Positions 9,781 through 17,955 of a DNA stretch of 20,000 nt are shown here, one piece after another. The position numbers and the translations under genes were made by a program. The notes beneath the pieces were generated by a model, which saw only the letters and a program-made list of their open reading frames with translations, was not told where the DNA came from and searched no databases. Source of the DNA: an uncultured virus (IMG/VR IMGVR_UViG_3300025109_000006) (taxonomy: Duplodnaviria > Heunggongvirae > Uroviricota > Caudoviricetes); the IMG/VR virus record IMGVR_UViG_3300025109_000006; one strand, given 5' to 3'. Numbering within the stretch: position 1 is the first letter of the stretch; the number at the start of each line of letters is the position of its first letter.

Positions 9781-11676
9781 TTAATCGGTCGTATTACCGA
9801 ATGTACCATAACGGTTATTAGAACGATAACCAGTAAACGGTACGGGCTCGACAATACCACCAGGATTTGTGTACCGTTCGCGAAAGACGCGGACTAAATC
9901 TTGATAGCGGCCCAAATGAGCCGCCGCACTCGTCTGGTCATTACCGTCATCTAAACTAATATAATGAAGCGCCAACTCAAGTAGCGCGGGGACGGCATCA
10001 CGTTGAATCGGTGCCGTATCTTGCGGGTCAACGTACTTAGGTGGTAGGCGCAGCACACGAAAATCCAACTCATATCGAGCGTCTTGATGAGGGAATACTT
10101 TCCACGCATAGTAGCCAGTGCTGTGCTTCAACGGACGGTGATAGTCATAAAGCTGGGCGCCATTCCACACAACACGAGCCGACTTAATCAAACCAGAGTC
10201 GGTCAAAATGCCGGGGGGTATCGTCTTACCGGCGTCCGAAAGAGCTTGGACATGATCGTAGGTAGGCTCAACCTCACAAAGAAGATAAAACTTTTCACCC
10301 GTCTCAACACCGTTAAACTCACCAACACCACGACTTTTCTTCGCTCGATGAGCCACATAGTATCGGATACGTAAACCAGATCGACCGAAACGCGCATACG
10401 TTGAGTCACCAAAACCCAACATAGCGTCAATGTTCGTCGCAGATAGAAGTAAGGCACCATCTGAACCATCAAGTGCCTTCTGGTTGATCACCGTCGACGG
10501 AGACGGCGCACTCTCCCATACCGGATCGTGAACACCTGTAGACACTGCAACATCTGATGGTTGAGTCGTCGCATCGTAGGCCCAGGTTAGATTAAAACTA
10601 CCGTCATGATTTTGATCGCCGACCGGGGCGATTGAAGGTGACTGCTGCCATTCATCATCCCGGCGACCCCACACATAAGTGTATCGGATGGCCCAAGTAC
10701 CCTCTCTCAGCGACTTTGAACTCGACCACTTAAAGTCGGCCTCATCCGGGGGCAAATCGGGAAGCGTGACACCAGATACAACCGTCGTTGTAAGCCCCAT
10801 AGGTACGACGTTACCCTGATTGTCATACACATTCGGTTCGTTCGGGTCGTTCGGGTCGTTCCCCGGTTGAGGTGTTCCCCCAGAGGCTGAGGGCGGCTCA
10901 AGAGTAACCTCGTCCACACTCTCATCAGGAACAATCTTCGGTCTCTTTAGATTAACCTGAACAATCTCAGGAGCTTCTGTTGGTGCCGGTAGCTGAAAGT
11001 GACGGCCCCGCCAGCACCGATAAGGTCGGCCCTTTGACTCGCCCTGGAAGTCCACCATGTCTTGACGGCTGGCACCTGCCGTGTCCATCTTCCACACCTG
11101 CTGGCGGCTACTATCATAGATTCTCGCTGGCTCGAGAACCTCCATGACATCGTCCATCAAGAAAAACTCAGGCTGATAGATACGAAACGTAGGTATGTCA
11201 GAGTCAGTGGGGATTAAGTCTGCCAATGGTCTGTCAAGCGTTACAAAGTAGTAAATTACACTGTCAATTGTCTTCTTAAACCACTCACGACTCTGTCGGC
11301 GACGAACACGACCATCCCCGTACGTGAACTCAAGGTGCATTACACCGTCCCACTCACCCGTAACCGTGGGCCGCCAAGTAGTCTTACTACTAGCAGCAAT
11401 AGAAGTCGTTCCAGTTGAATCAGAAAAGTAGAGAAGTCGCTTGTCGTTGCCGTAACTAATTGCGGAGGCGTCTACCGCCGCGTCAGTACTCAGCACATCG
11501 GGAAACAATGCCACATGCTGCTCGTCAGGAATAAGCGCCTCAGGCACATCTCCTGCCAGTCGATCCAGGGCAAGGTTCAACCCAGCGCGGATTCGGCGAT
11601 CAAGGGTCGGGCCAGTCGAATCCCACGACCGCAAAGCAAACAAGCGCGACATCAAAGAACCCAAAGAAACGTCCAC
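9781..11676 (-). CDS. Head-tail adaptor (tail tubular protein A-like) with large insertions, 631 aa
   Basis: GTG start with GGAGG SD. N-terminal helix IRAGLNLALDRLAG and C-terminal LDFRVLRLPPKYVDPQDTAPIQRDAVPALLELALHY...AAAHLGRYQDLV resemble podovirus adaptor ends. Position after capsid/decoration genes fits. Confidence 0.6.
   Translation of the reverse strand: MDVSLGSLMSRLFALRSWDSTGPTLDRRIRAGLNLALDRLAGDVPEALIPDEQHVALFPDVLSTDAAVDASAISYGNDKRLLYFSDSTGTTSIAASSKTTWRPTVTGEWDGVMHLEFTYGDGRVRRRQSREWFKKTIDSVIYYFVTLDRPLADLIPTDSDIPTFRIYQPEFFLMDDVMEVLEPARIYDSSRQQVWKMDTAGASRQDMVDFQGESKGRPYRCWRGRHFQLPAPTEAPEIVQVNLKRPKIVPDESVDEVTLEPPSASGGTPQPGNDPNDPNEPNVYDNQGNVVPMGLTTTVVSGVTLPDLPPDEADFKWSSSKSLREGTWAIRYTYVWGRRDDEWQQSPSIAPVGDQNHDGSFNLTWAYDATTQPSDVAVSTGVHDPVWESAPSPSTVINQKALDGSDGALLLSATNIDAMLGFGDSTYARFGRSGLRIRYYVAHRAKKSRGVGEFNGVETGEKFYLLCEVEPTYDHVQALSDAGKTIPPGILTDSGLIKSARVVWNGAQLYDYHRPLKHSTGYYAWKVFPHQDARYELDFRVLRLPPKYVDPQDTAPIQRDAVPALLELALHYISLDDGNDQTSAAAHLGRYQDLVRVFRERYTNPGGIVEPVPFTGYRSNNRYGTFGNTTD
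10832..10860. repeat. 9-bp tandem repeat (ttcgg[t/g]tcg x3) encoding NDPNDPNEPN
   Basis: ttcggttcg-ttcgggtcg-ttcgggtcg-tt read directly; lies in a Pro-rich linker of the adaptor. Confidence 0.85.
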
Positions 11677-11685
11677 AGGACCTCC

Positions 11686-11724
11686 AAAAGACGAAGGGGG
11701 CGGGACCCGAAAGCCACGCCCCCT
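11686..11724 (-). terminator. Intrinsic (rho-independent) terminator after the capsid and decoration genes
   Basis: Minus strand AGGGGGCG-TGGCT-TTCG-GGTCC-CGCCCCCT followed by TCGTCTTTT: 8-bp GC-rich stem, UUCG loop and an interrupted U-tract. Confidence 0.8.
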
Positions 11725-11746
11725 AAGTGTATCACGTAGTGACTAA

Positions 11747-12262
11747 CTACCACACAGGCATCGAGATAACGGCTGTGATCTTATCGCCGGTAGAGCCGCT
11801 GTTGGCTTCAAGAGCCATACCAAAGACACACCCCAGGTTGTCGACAGTTGCGTCAGCATCGCGGGTGAGGGTCGTCGCATTCGCAGAGGCAGCAGACACC
11901 AAACGGTCGCCTTGAGCCACGGTAGAGACGGCACCCACCTCACATACACCCTTCGCAACGATCCAACCATACTTACCGGCAGCAATTGCGTGGCCAGCCA
12001 CCCCAAGAACACGGTGCACATGAAGTGTCGTGGTGGAGAGGATTGCATGGTAAGGAGCGTAATCACTGTCGAGGAACAACACGTCGCCCTCGGCAAGCGC
12101 AGTTGACTCTTCGTCGTTATAAACGAAGATCCATTCCCGGTCACCGTAGTGAGTCGAGTTGGCTGCAGTTACCTCGTCAGCAGGTTGCACATACCGCGTA
12201 CCCAAAGGATATGCCTCAAAGTCGTAAGCGGTTGAAATAGCGTCTGTTTTAACAGTTCCCAT
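11747..12262 (-). CDS. Capsid decoration/cement-like protein, 171 aa
   Basis: Directly after the MCP with SD TAAGGGGG and before the terminator. Motifs YPLGTRY, WIFVYN and GVAGHAIAAGKYGWIVAKG are typical of small proteins encoded after capsid genes. Confidence 0.65.
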   Translation of the reverse strand: MGTVKTDAISTAYDFEAYPLGTRYVQPADEVTAANSTHYGDREWIFVYNDEESTALAEGDVLFLDSDYAPYHAILSTTTLHVHRVLGVAGHAIAAGKYGWIVAKGVCEVGAVSTVAQGDRLVSAASANATTLTRDADATVDNLGCVFGMALEANSGSTGDKITAVISMPVW

Positions 12263-12274
12263 GATGTACCCCCC

Positions 12275-13339
12275 TTATACCGCGCCGCCGGAAACACAAC
12301 CCTGAGCCGGAAGCTTAGTGCAGATCATGTTGCCTTGCATTGCAAAGATTGCGGTCACCACGTCTTGATCGCCAACCCGTTCCTTGAATTCCGAGATGTT
12401 CGGGGCTTCAAGCATTGGGAACTCGATGTAGTCCGTGTTGAGCATGTAAGTAACTCCACCAGCAGGGTCAGTCGCTCCTGTGAAGGCCGACGTGTCTGTG
12501 CGGTCCAAGTCGATAGACGAGGTAACAGAAGCAAGTCCAAGGGAAAGACCCAAGGTGTTGCTCTTGTCAATCTTGTCATCAACGAGAGTTACGCGAACAT
12601 TTGAGGCACGATCGTCCTCAAACTTGGTGTAGGTGTCGTCATCCATGATGATCAGATCAGGACCCTTACCTACGCCACCAGCATAATGCGAGCATTGACG
12701 ATATGTCTTGCGCATTACCTGCATTCCGTCTGTCGCCCAAGTACCAATGTCGTTGTACTGGTTGAAGTGGAAGTAGCTGCTGCTCTTGTCCACACCCTGG
12801 ACTTCCTGGGACTGAGAACCTGGTGCCACAAAGTCAAGAAGACCATGAGTCACACCGGCTCCAATACCGGATTCCTTTTGACCGTTGAGTGTCAACAAAC
12901 CAAGAAGCTCAGACGTTTGAAAAGCAAGACCCCGACTCACACCAGTGAGAAGAAACTTGTTCAAGTCTGCCTTAGCTGCTTCCATTGCAGTTTGAGGATA
13001 TTCCTCAATAAGTCGAATAACCGCCAACTTACCACTGTTCTGGTTTAGCTCCCGCTTGGGAATGTTGATGGCCATAACCATACGATGAGGCTCAACAGAA
13101 AACTTCTTGATCTGTTGGCGCCGGGTCATGTTCAGTAGCTCGTCGCCGACGTAGACACCAACACCACGGGCAGGGGCACCACCGGAGAAGGAACGCTCAA
13201 TCTTTGTTCCTCCCTCCATGGGCATCCGAGCCTTAGCGTTAAGTGCTTCGAACAACTCATTGCTACGAACAAACGAATTTACCAGAGGTCCACGGAGATC
13301 CGCGAACGTAGAGTTCAGTAGTTCAGTACTGATAGTCAT
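12275..13339 (-). CDS. Major capsid protein (HK97-fold), 354 aa
   Basis: N-terminus LLNSTFADLRGPLVNSFVRSNELFEAL...GGTKIER; later LLGL, PDLIIMDDDTYTKFE, TYMLNTDYI and GNMICTKLPAQG resemble a widespread phage MCP family. Size fits, and it is followed by a decoration gene and terminator. Confidence 0.8.
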   Translation of the reverse strand: MTISTELLNSTFADLRGPLVNSFVRSNELFEALNAKARMPMEGGTKIERSFSGGAPARGVGVYVGDELLNMTRRQQIKKFSVEPHRMVMAINIPKRELNQNSGKLAVIRLIEEYPQTAMEAAKADLNKFLLTGVSRGLAFQTSELLGLLTLNGQKESGIGAGVTHGLLDFVAPGSQSQEVQGVDKSSSYFHFNQYNDIGTWATDGMQVMRKTYRQCSHYAGGVGKGPDLIIMDDDTYTKFEDDRASNVRVTLVDDKIDKSNTLGLSLGLASVTSSIDLDRTDTSAFTGATDPAGGVTYMLNTDYIEFPMLEAPNISEFKERVGDQDVVTAIFAMQGNMICTKLPAQGCVSGGAV

Positions 13340-13560
13340 TTTATTCTCGCTGTAATTGTATTAGAAAAAAACTTTTCGCCTGCCCGTGACGCACAATACT
13401 GGACCTATAAGGCTGCCCAGCACATCTTTTGGGTGCATAATCTGTATACAACACATACTATAATTGCGCAAGTAAGAGACTTTCACATTGTCAATATTTA
13501 TGACTTATTCCGGCACGTAATACAGTCACTTAGGCAGATAAGCGTCATCATGATACCATA
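13340..13560. promoter_or_regulatory. Divergent control region between the capsid/tail block and the packaging block
   Basis: Only sizeable non-coding gap; AT-rich; the coding strand switches here. Contains TATAAT (+, 13459-13464), TTGACA (-, 13489-13494), palindromes TGTATACA (13443-13450) and TTGCGCAA (13464-13471), and extended -10-like TGATACCAT (+, 13551-13559). Exact promoter pairing is uncertain. Confidence 0.6.
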
Positions 13561-13566
13561 GTGGCT

Positions 13567-15228
13567 ATGACAGCAACCAACGCAAAAAAGCGTAAACGTA
13601 AAAGTGTAACTACTGGTGGCGCAGAATATGCCACCGCACCAGGCATCCATGATGGAAAGGTTCGAGCCCTGTTCGCAACCCCCGATGCCTTTGTGTCTAT
13701 GTGCCAAATTGTGCGAGAGGACGAATCAACAGGGTACATGGAACCCACACATACGCAGAGGAAACTACTGGAAGCTTACGACCAAAATCGTTGGCTTATG
13801 GTAAACAAGTTCCGTCAAGCGAAGATCACTACGATTTCAGTCATGTTGCTACTAAGAGATTGTATGTACCTCAGCGGCGTCAAGGGCCTGCTTATTGCAG
13901 AACGTCAAGACACGGCGGAAGACATCTTTGAACGCATACTATTCGCATACAACAGGCTGCCTGCCGATGTCCGAATGCCGCTGACGCCAGGGAAAAAGGC
14001 GGGCGCCACACAGATGCAATTCTGTCACGGAGGGGGCATTAAAGTCTTGACGGCGGGCGGAAGGTCTCCAGCCATCGGTCGATCCATTGACCGTCTCGTA
14101 ATCACAGAATTCGGTGAGGCTCAATGGCAACGCAAAGCCGCGATTAATATTTTCCCCACTGTAAACAAACGCCCCAACGCTAAAGTCATATTGGAATCAA
14201 CACCAGGGCGAGCGGGCTCACACCATGAACAGATGTGGCGGTCGGCGCTAGAAGGTTCAAGTCGATTTCATCCGCTGTTCCTTGAGTGGTGGGAAGATGA
14301 AAGTTGTAGAGAGCCTGACGATAGCTTTCAGCCTTCAGCGCCTGAACTTGAATATATGAGTCGTCATGATGGAATGAGCATCCACAACTTAGCCTTTCGG
14401 CGCAAAGGACTAAATACAGAGTTCGTCGGAGACACAAGACTGTTCTCGTGTAAGTACCCGTCAGACTCTTACGATGGGTGGCTGGGTAGTACAAACCCCG
14501 TAATGCCCGCAGAAATCCTGAAGCCCCTACTCGAAAAGGCCACCGTTGAGCCACTACTCGGTGGTCACGCTTGCCATGAATTTGAACCACCTAAGCCTGG
14601 ACATCAATACCTGGTCACCGCTGACCCCGCAGGCTTCGGTAGTACAGGTGATAAATCAGCGCTAACTGTTTGGGACGCCACCGAATGGAAAGAGATTGCC
14701 TTCTGGGAAGATCGAGAAACGCCTGACCGATTCGCACAAAGACTAAAGGTTGTACAGAAAAGATACCTCGGCGCACTGCTCGCCGTTGAGTCCAACGCCA
14801 CAGCATGTATCGCTATCTTGAAAGACCAAGAGACACGAAACTTACTCTGGACCGATAGAAATCACCCAGGTTGGTACGCGACACAAAAACGGCTACAAGA
14901 GTCTGAAGCGCGACTCGTTCAAATGCTAAGGCAACATGAACTAAATATACAAAGTCGCGGAATGCTCCACCAATTACTGAACTATGACGGCACACGAAAG
15001 AAACGCATTCGGGGCGAAGATGGTACAATTCACCACTTCGACCGCGCTAGAACAGCGGTTATGGCTGCTGACATTCTGTCCCGGAGACATTTCTCGCACG
15101 AAGCAACTGAAGTACAATCGGAATACTTGCCGGGACAAGTTACAATCAAACAACTAGATAGAATTAAGAGTCATAAAAGACGCGAAGCAAAATCACCCTT
15201 TAAACCTGCATCACAAATCTGGAAATAA
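13567..15228 (+). CDS. terL: Terminase large subunit (~553 aa; alternative GTG start at 13561)
   Basis: Adenine-binding PTHTQ, Walker A-like NKFRQAKITT, Walker B-like LVITE, motif III ILESTPG. RNase H-like nuclease motifs LVTADPAG, GDKSA, AVESN and HFDR. Lies upstream of the portal. Confidence 0.9.
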   Translation: MTATNAKKRKRKSVTTGGAEYATAPGIHDGKVRALFATPDAFVSMCQIVREDESTGYMEPTHTQRKLLEAYDQNRWLMVNKFRQAKITTISVMLLLRDCMYLSGVKGLLIAERQDTAEDIFERILFAYNRLPADVRMPLTPGKKAGATQMQFCHGGGIKVLTAGGRSPAIGRSIDRLVITEFGEAQWQRKAAINIFPTVNKRPNAKVILESTPGRAGSHHEQMWRSALEGSSRFHPLFLEWWEDESCREPDDSFQPSAPELEYMSRHDGMSIHNLAFRRKGLNTEFVGDTRLFSCKYPSDSYDGWLGSTNPVMPAEILKPLLEKATVEPLLGGHACHEFEPPKPGHQYLVTADPAGFGSTGDKSALTVWDATEWKEIAFWEDRETPDRFAQRLKVVQKRYLGALLAVESNATACIAILKDQETRNLLWTDRNHPGWYATQKRLQESEARLVQMLRQHELNIQSRGMLHQLLNYDGTRKKRIRGEDGTIHHFDRARTAVMAADILSRRHFSHEATEVQSEYLPGQVTIKQLDRIKSHKRREAKSPFKPASQIWK

Positions 15229-15229
15229 A

Positions 15230-15424
15230 ATGGCCGACTACAAGGCAAAAAAAGACGCAATGGCAAAGCAGGCAGCAATAGATGAAGCTGCCAGGAAGAA
15301 AAAAATCGAAGGCCAGTCCGACGAAGAAAACGCCAAACAATTAAGTGAGACGAAAGAGATCACGCATGAAGAGATTGACGAGAAGACCGCTAATCTGGCC
15401 AAGTTCTTCAAGAAGAAAAAATAG
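15230..15424 (+). CDS. Small highly charged hypothetical protein, 64 aa
   Basis: Starts 1 nt after the terL stop and fills the gap to the portal; Lys/Glu-rich helical sequence. Confidence 0.65.
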   Translation: MADYKAKKDAMAKQAAIDEAARKKKIEGQSDEENAKQLSETKEITHEEIDEKTANLAKFFKKKK

Positions 15425-15430
15425 GTCACT

Positions 15431-17212
15431 ATGTCTAAGCTGTCAAAACTGATCGATCGGCATCTTAATTTCTATAAGCGAGCCGAAAAGAAAGACTTCG
15501 ATAAAGCCCGTAGGTTCTATCGAGGTAACTTCTTTTCTGGCGGCGATAGCGACCTCCAAGGCCTTAGCGGGTCGTCCTATCTGTGCTCAAAGAACATTAT
15601 CTATGCCATCGCAGATACGGCAGTCAGCGCCTTGTTGGGGCCAAACCCATCAGTAGGCGCCGTCGCAAGAACACCCGTGTCTCAAGATGCGTCCCCTGCG
15701 GTGACAGGCCTGGTCGAGTATGTGTTTGAAACAAACAACTTTCGACGCAAAGCAGCTACGGCACTAATCGATGCCGTGCTCTGTAAACGTGGCATCTTTA
15801 AGACGGGGTGGGATGCGAAAAAAGACGTACCCATTATTCGGGCAATCAACCCCTCTAGTATATTCTTCGACCTTACCGTGCGAGACTCAGACGATATCCG
15901 ATACTGGATTGAAGCGACGGTTATCTCCTTCGATGAGTTTAAGGCGCGAGTAAAGTCTGGGCAGTACAAATCCGAATTGGTCAAAGAAGTTACTCCAGAC
16001 CGATACCCAAAGTGGCTGCTCGACGAAAACCAGAAAAGCACCACAGATACTGTTCGTGACGCATTTCAATGGGTGACCGTCTACGAGTATTACGATCGCG
16101 AACGCGGCATTATGCAGCACTACATTAAGCAAGCTGATGCCATCGTGTTCGAAGATAAGATCGACTACATCCCGTACAGCATGTTCACACTCAACCAATC
16201 AGGAATTGATTGCCTGGGCTTGAGTGAGGTACAGCTTGTTCTAAAACAACAAGAAACTATCAACGATCTGCTCACACACATGAAGCAAATCACGTACCTT
16301 CAAATTCCGAGAGTCATGTACGACTCCGGTCGAGTGAGTGAAGAAGACCTGAACAAAGCAGTAGAAGCCAGCGCAGGTGCGTTTATCGGAATCAACCCGT
16401 CAAATAGCGAAGCCCTCCGAAGCTTGGCTACTCTCTTCTACGAAATGCCCATCCCTGATAGCCCATCTGGGGTCAAAGAATTCATTGCACGGCAAGAAGA
16501 AGATGCGGCCTTTATCTCCGCATTGGCTGAAGCCGCTCGAGGCCAAGTTGCTGGTGCGCGAACCGCAACAGAGATGGCCATTATCGATGCCCAACTTCGA
16601 ACCCGACTCGCAACCCGAGAAGGTCACCTGAACGATGCCATCGAAGATGTGGCGAAAAAGGTGTTCTACCTCTGTAAGAAATATATGCGCAAGACACGAC
16701 TGATCCGAATCTCCGGTAGCAACAAGTGGGAACAACTAAGCCACAAAGAACTCGTCGATGTCGATGTCGACTTTAAGATGGTTAGCTACAACCCCATTCG
16801 ACGTAACCCCGGCATGATGGCTGAGACGCTAATTCAAATGCTCCCGTTCTTGTCGCAAAACCAGAACGTAGATATCCGACGGCTGACGGAAGAAATTCTG
16901 ACCAACCTCGGACTACCCAGCCGAATCCTTATCCCCGAAGCGGAACTAATTGCGCAACAAGAAGCCGCCGCCGCACAACAACAAGCAATGATGCAAGCAG
17001 AACAGCAAGCTAAGTTGGGTGGGGCCGCAGCCGGTAAGCCTGCGATTGAAGCACAGCAAGCTGCTCAATTGCAGCAACTGATGGCCCAGTTGCCACCAGA
17101 TGAAGCTGAAGCAATGATGGCTGCAGTAAGTGGGCAAGAGGCTGGGGTAGAGCCAGAGATGGAGGACGCACTACCCGGCGGTGGGGGAGCCCCCATTAGA
17201 GGTGAGACTTGA
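15431..17212 (+). CDS. Portal protein, 593 aa
   Basis: Motifs ARRFYRG, DAVLCKRGIFKTGWD, IRAINPSSIFFD, VYEYYD, YIPY and RTATEMA; Gln/Ala-rich C-terminal tail; follows terL. Confidence 0.88.
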   Translation: MSKLSKLIDRHLNFYKRAEKKDFDKARRFYRGNFFSGGDSDLQGLSGSSYLCSKNIIYAIADTAVSALLGPNPSVGAVARTPVSQDASPAVTGLVEYVFETNNFRRKAATALIDAVLCKRGIFKTGWDAKKDVPIIRAINPSSIFFDLTVRDSDDIRYWIEATVISFDEFKARVKSGQYKSELVKEVTPDRYPKWLLDENQKSTTDTVRDAFQWVTVYEYYDRERGIMQHYIKQADAIVFEDKIDYIPYSMFTLNQSGIDCLGLSEVQLVLKQQETINDLLTHMKQITYLQIPRVMYDSGRVSEEDLNKAVEASAGAFIGINPSNSEALRSLATLFYEMPIPDSPSGVKEFIARQEEDAAFISALAEAARGQVAGARTATEMAIIDAQLRTRLATREGHLNDAIEDVAKKVFYLCKKYMRKTRLIRISGSNKWEQLSHKELVDVDVDFKMVSYNPIRRNPGMMAETLIQMLPFLSQNQNVDIRRLTEEILTNLGLPSRILIPEAELIAQQEAAAAQQQAMMQAEQQAKLGGAAAGKPAIEAQQAAQLQQLMAQLPPDEAEAMMAAVSGQEAGVEPEMEDALPGGGGAPIRGET

Positions 17213-17955
17213 GCGTATACAAAGACAAAATGTTGGCGCTTCGTAAGACCCAGCCTCAAGGCGGCGAGATCGCGGGGCGAAGCAAAGCAGTCCAGCAAAA
17301 GGACGCGTCTCCAGAGTTTCTCAGCCGTATTGAATCTTCGGTAGCTTATGGAGAGTCTGATGCTGACACTGGGATCACAGAGTCACCTGGCGACCTTGGA
17401 GAGATTGCATATCCGCAGAGCGATCGGATGGACGCCGAGGAAGCTTTGTTTGCTAAGCTGTCTAAAACAACGGGCGGTAAAGGATCTGAAACTAAGTCAA
17501 GTACCGCCGTAGGAAAAGCGCCATCAAAAGCGTCAGCCACTACGATTAAACACAAACGAAGCAACTACGCACCACATAAAGGTAAGGAAAAGCGCGGACC
17601 ACATGGACCTACACCACCTAAGTTGGACACACTTGACGATTACGAAGGCAAACAGACGGATGAGTATTTCTCCATCGCACAGAACGTGATGCCACCTAAA
17701 AATTATGACGACCTTACGCAAAACTACGCAGCACAAACTAGCTTTGGGCAGAGCGCGGCTATGCAATCATTAAACCAAAAACGCGACAAAGCTGAACCGT
17801 TTAAACAACAAACTCGCACGTTACCAGGCGGCGAAACAATTCCTTTAATCGTTTTTGGTGATGGCTCTGAGTACTACGTTGACCCCGACGCAGACATAAA
17901 TAAGCTTTACCCAGGTGACGTGATTCGAATAGAGCCCCCAAAGGACAAACGATGA
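17209..17955 (+). CDS. Hypothetical protein, 248 aa, low-complexity body with degenerate LysM-like C-terminus
   Basis: TTG start overlaps the portal stop (TTGA) with a GAGGT SD; ATGA overlap with the next gene. Confidence 0.65.
   Translation: MSVYKDKMLALRKTQPQGGEIAGRSKAVQQKDASPEFLSRIESSVAYGESDADTGITESPGDLGEIAYPQSDRMDAEEALFAKLSKTTGGKGSETKSSTAVGKAPSKASATTIKHKRSNYAPHKGKEKRGPHGPTPPKLDTLDDYEGKQTDEYFSIAQNVMPPKNYDDLTQNYAAQTSFGQSAAMQSLNQKRDKAEPFKQQTRTLPGGETIPLIVFGDGSEYYVDPDADINKLYPGDVIRIEPPKDKR

Noticed and set aside
13585..13602. Eukaryotic virus interpretation from the NLS-like motif
   Set aside because: SD motifs, overlapping stop/start codons, an intrinsic terminator and phage-type genes indicate a prokaryotic virus.
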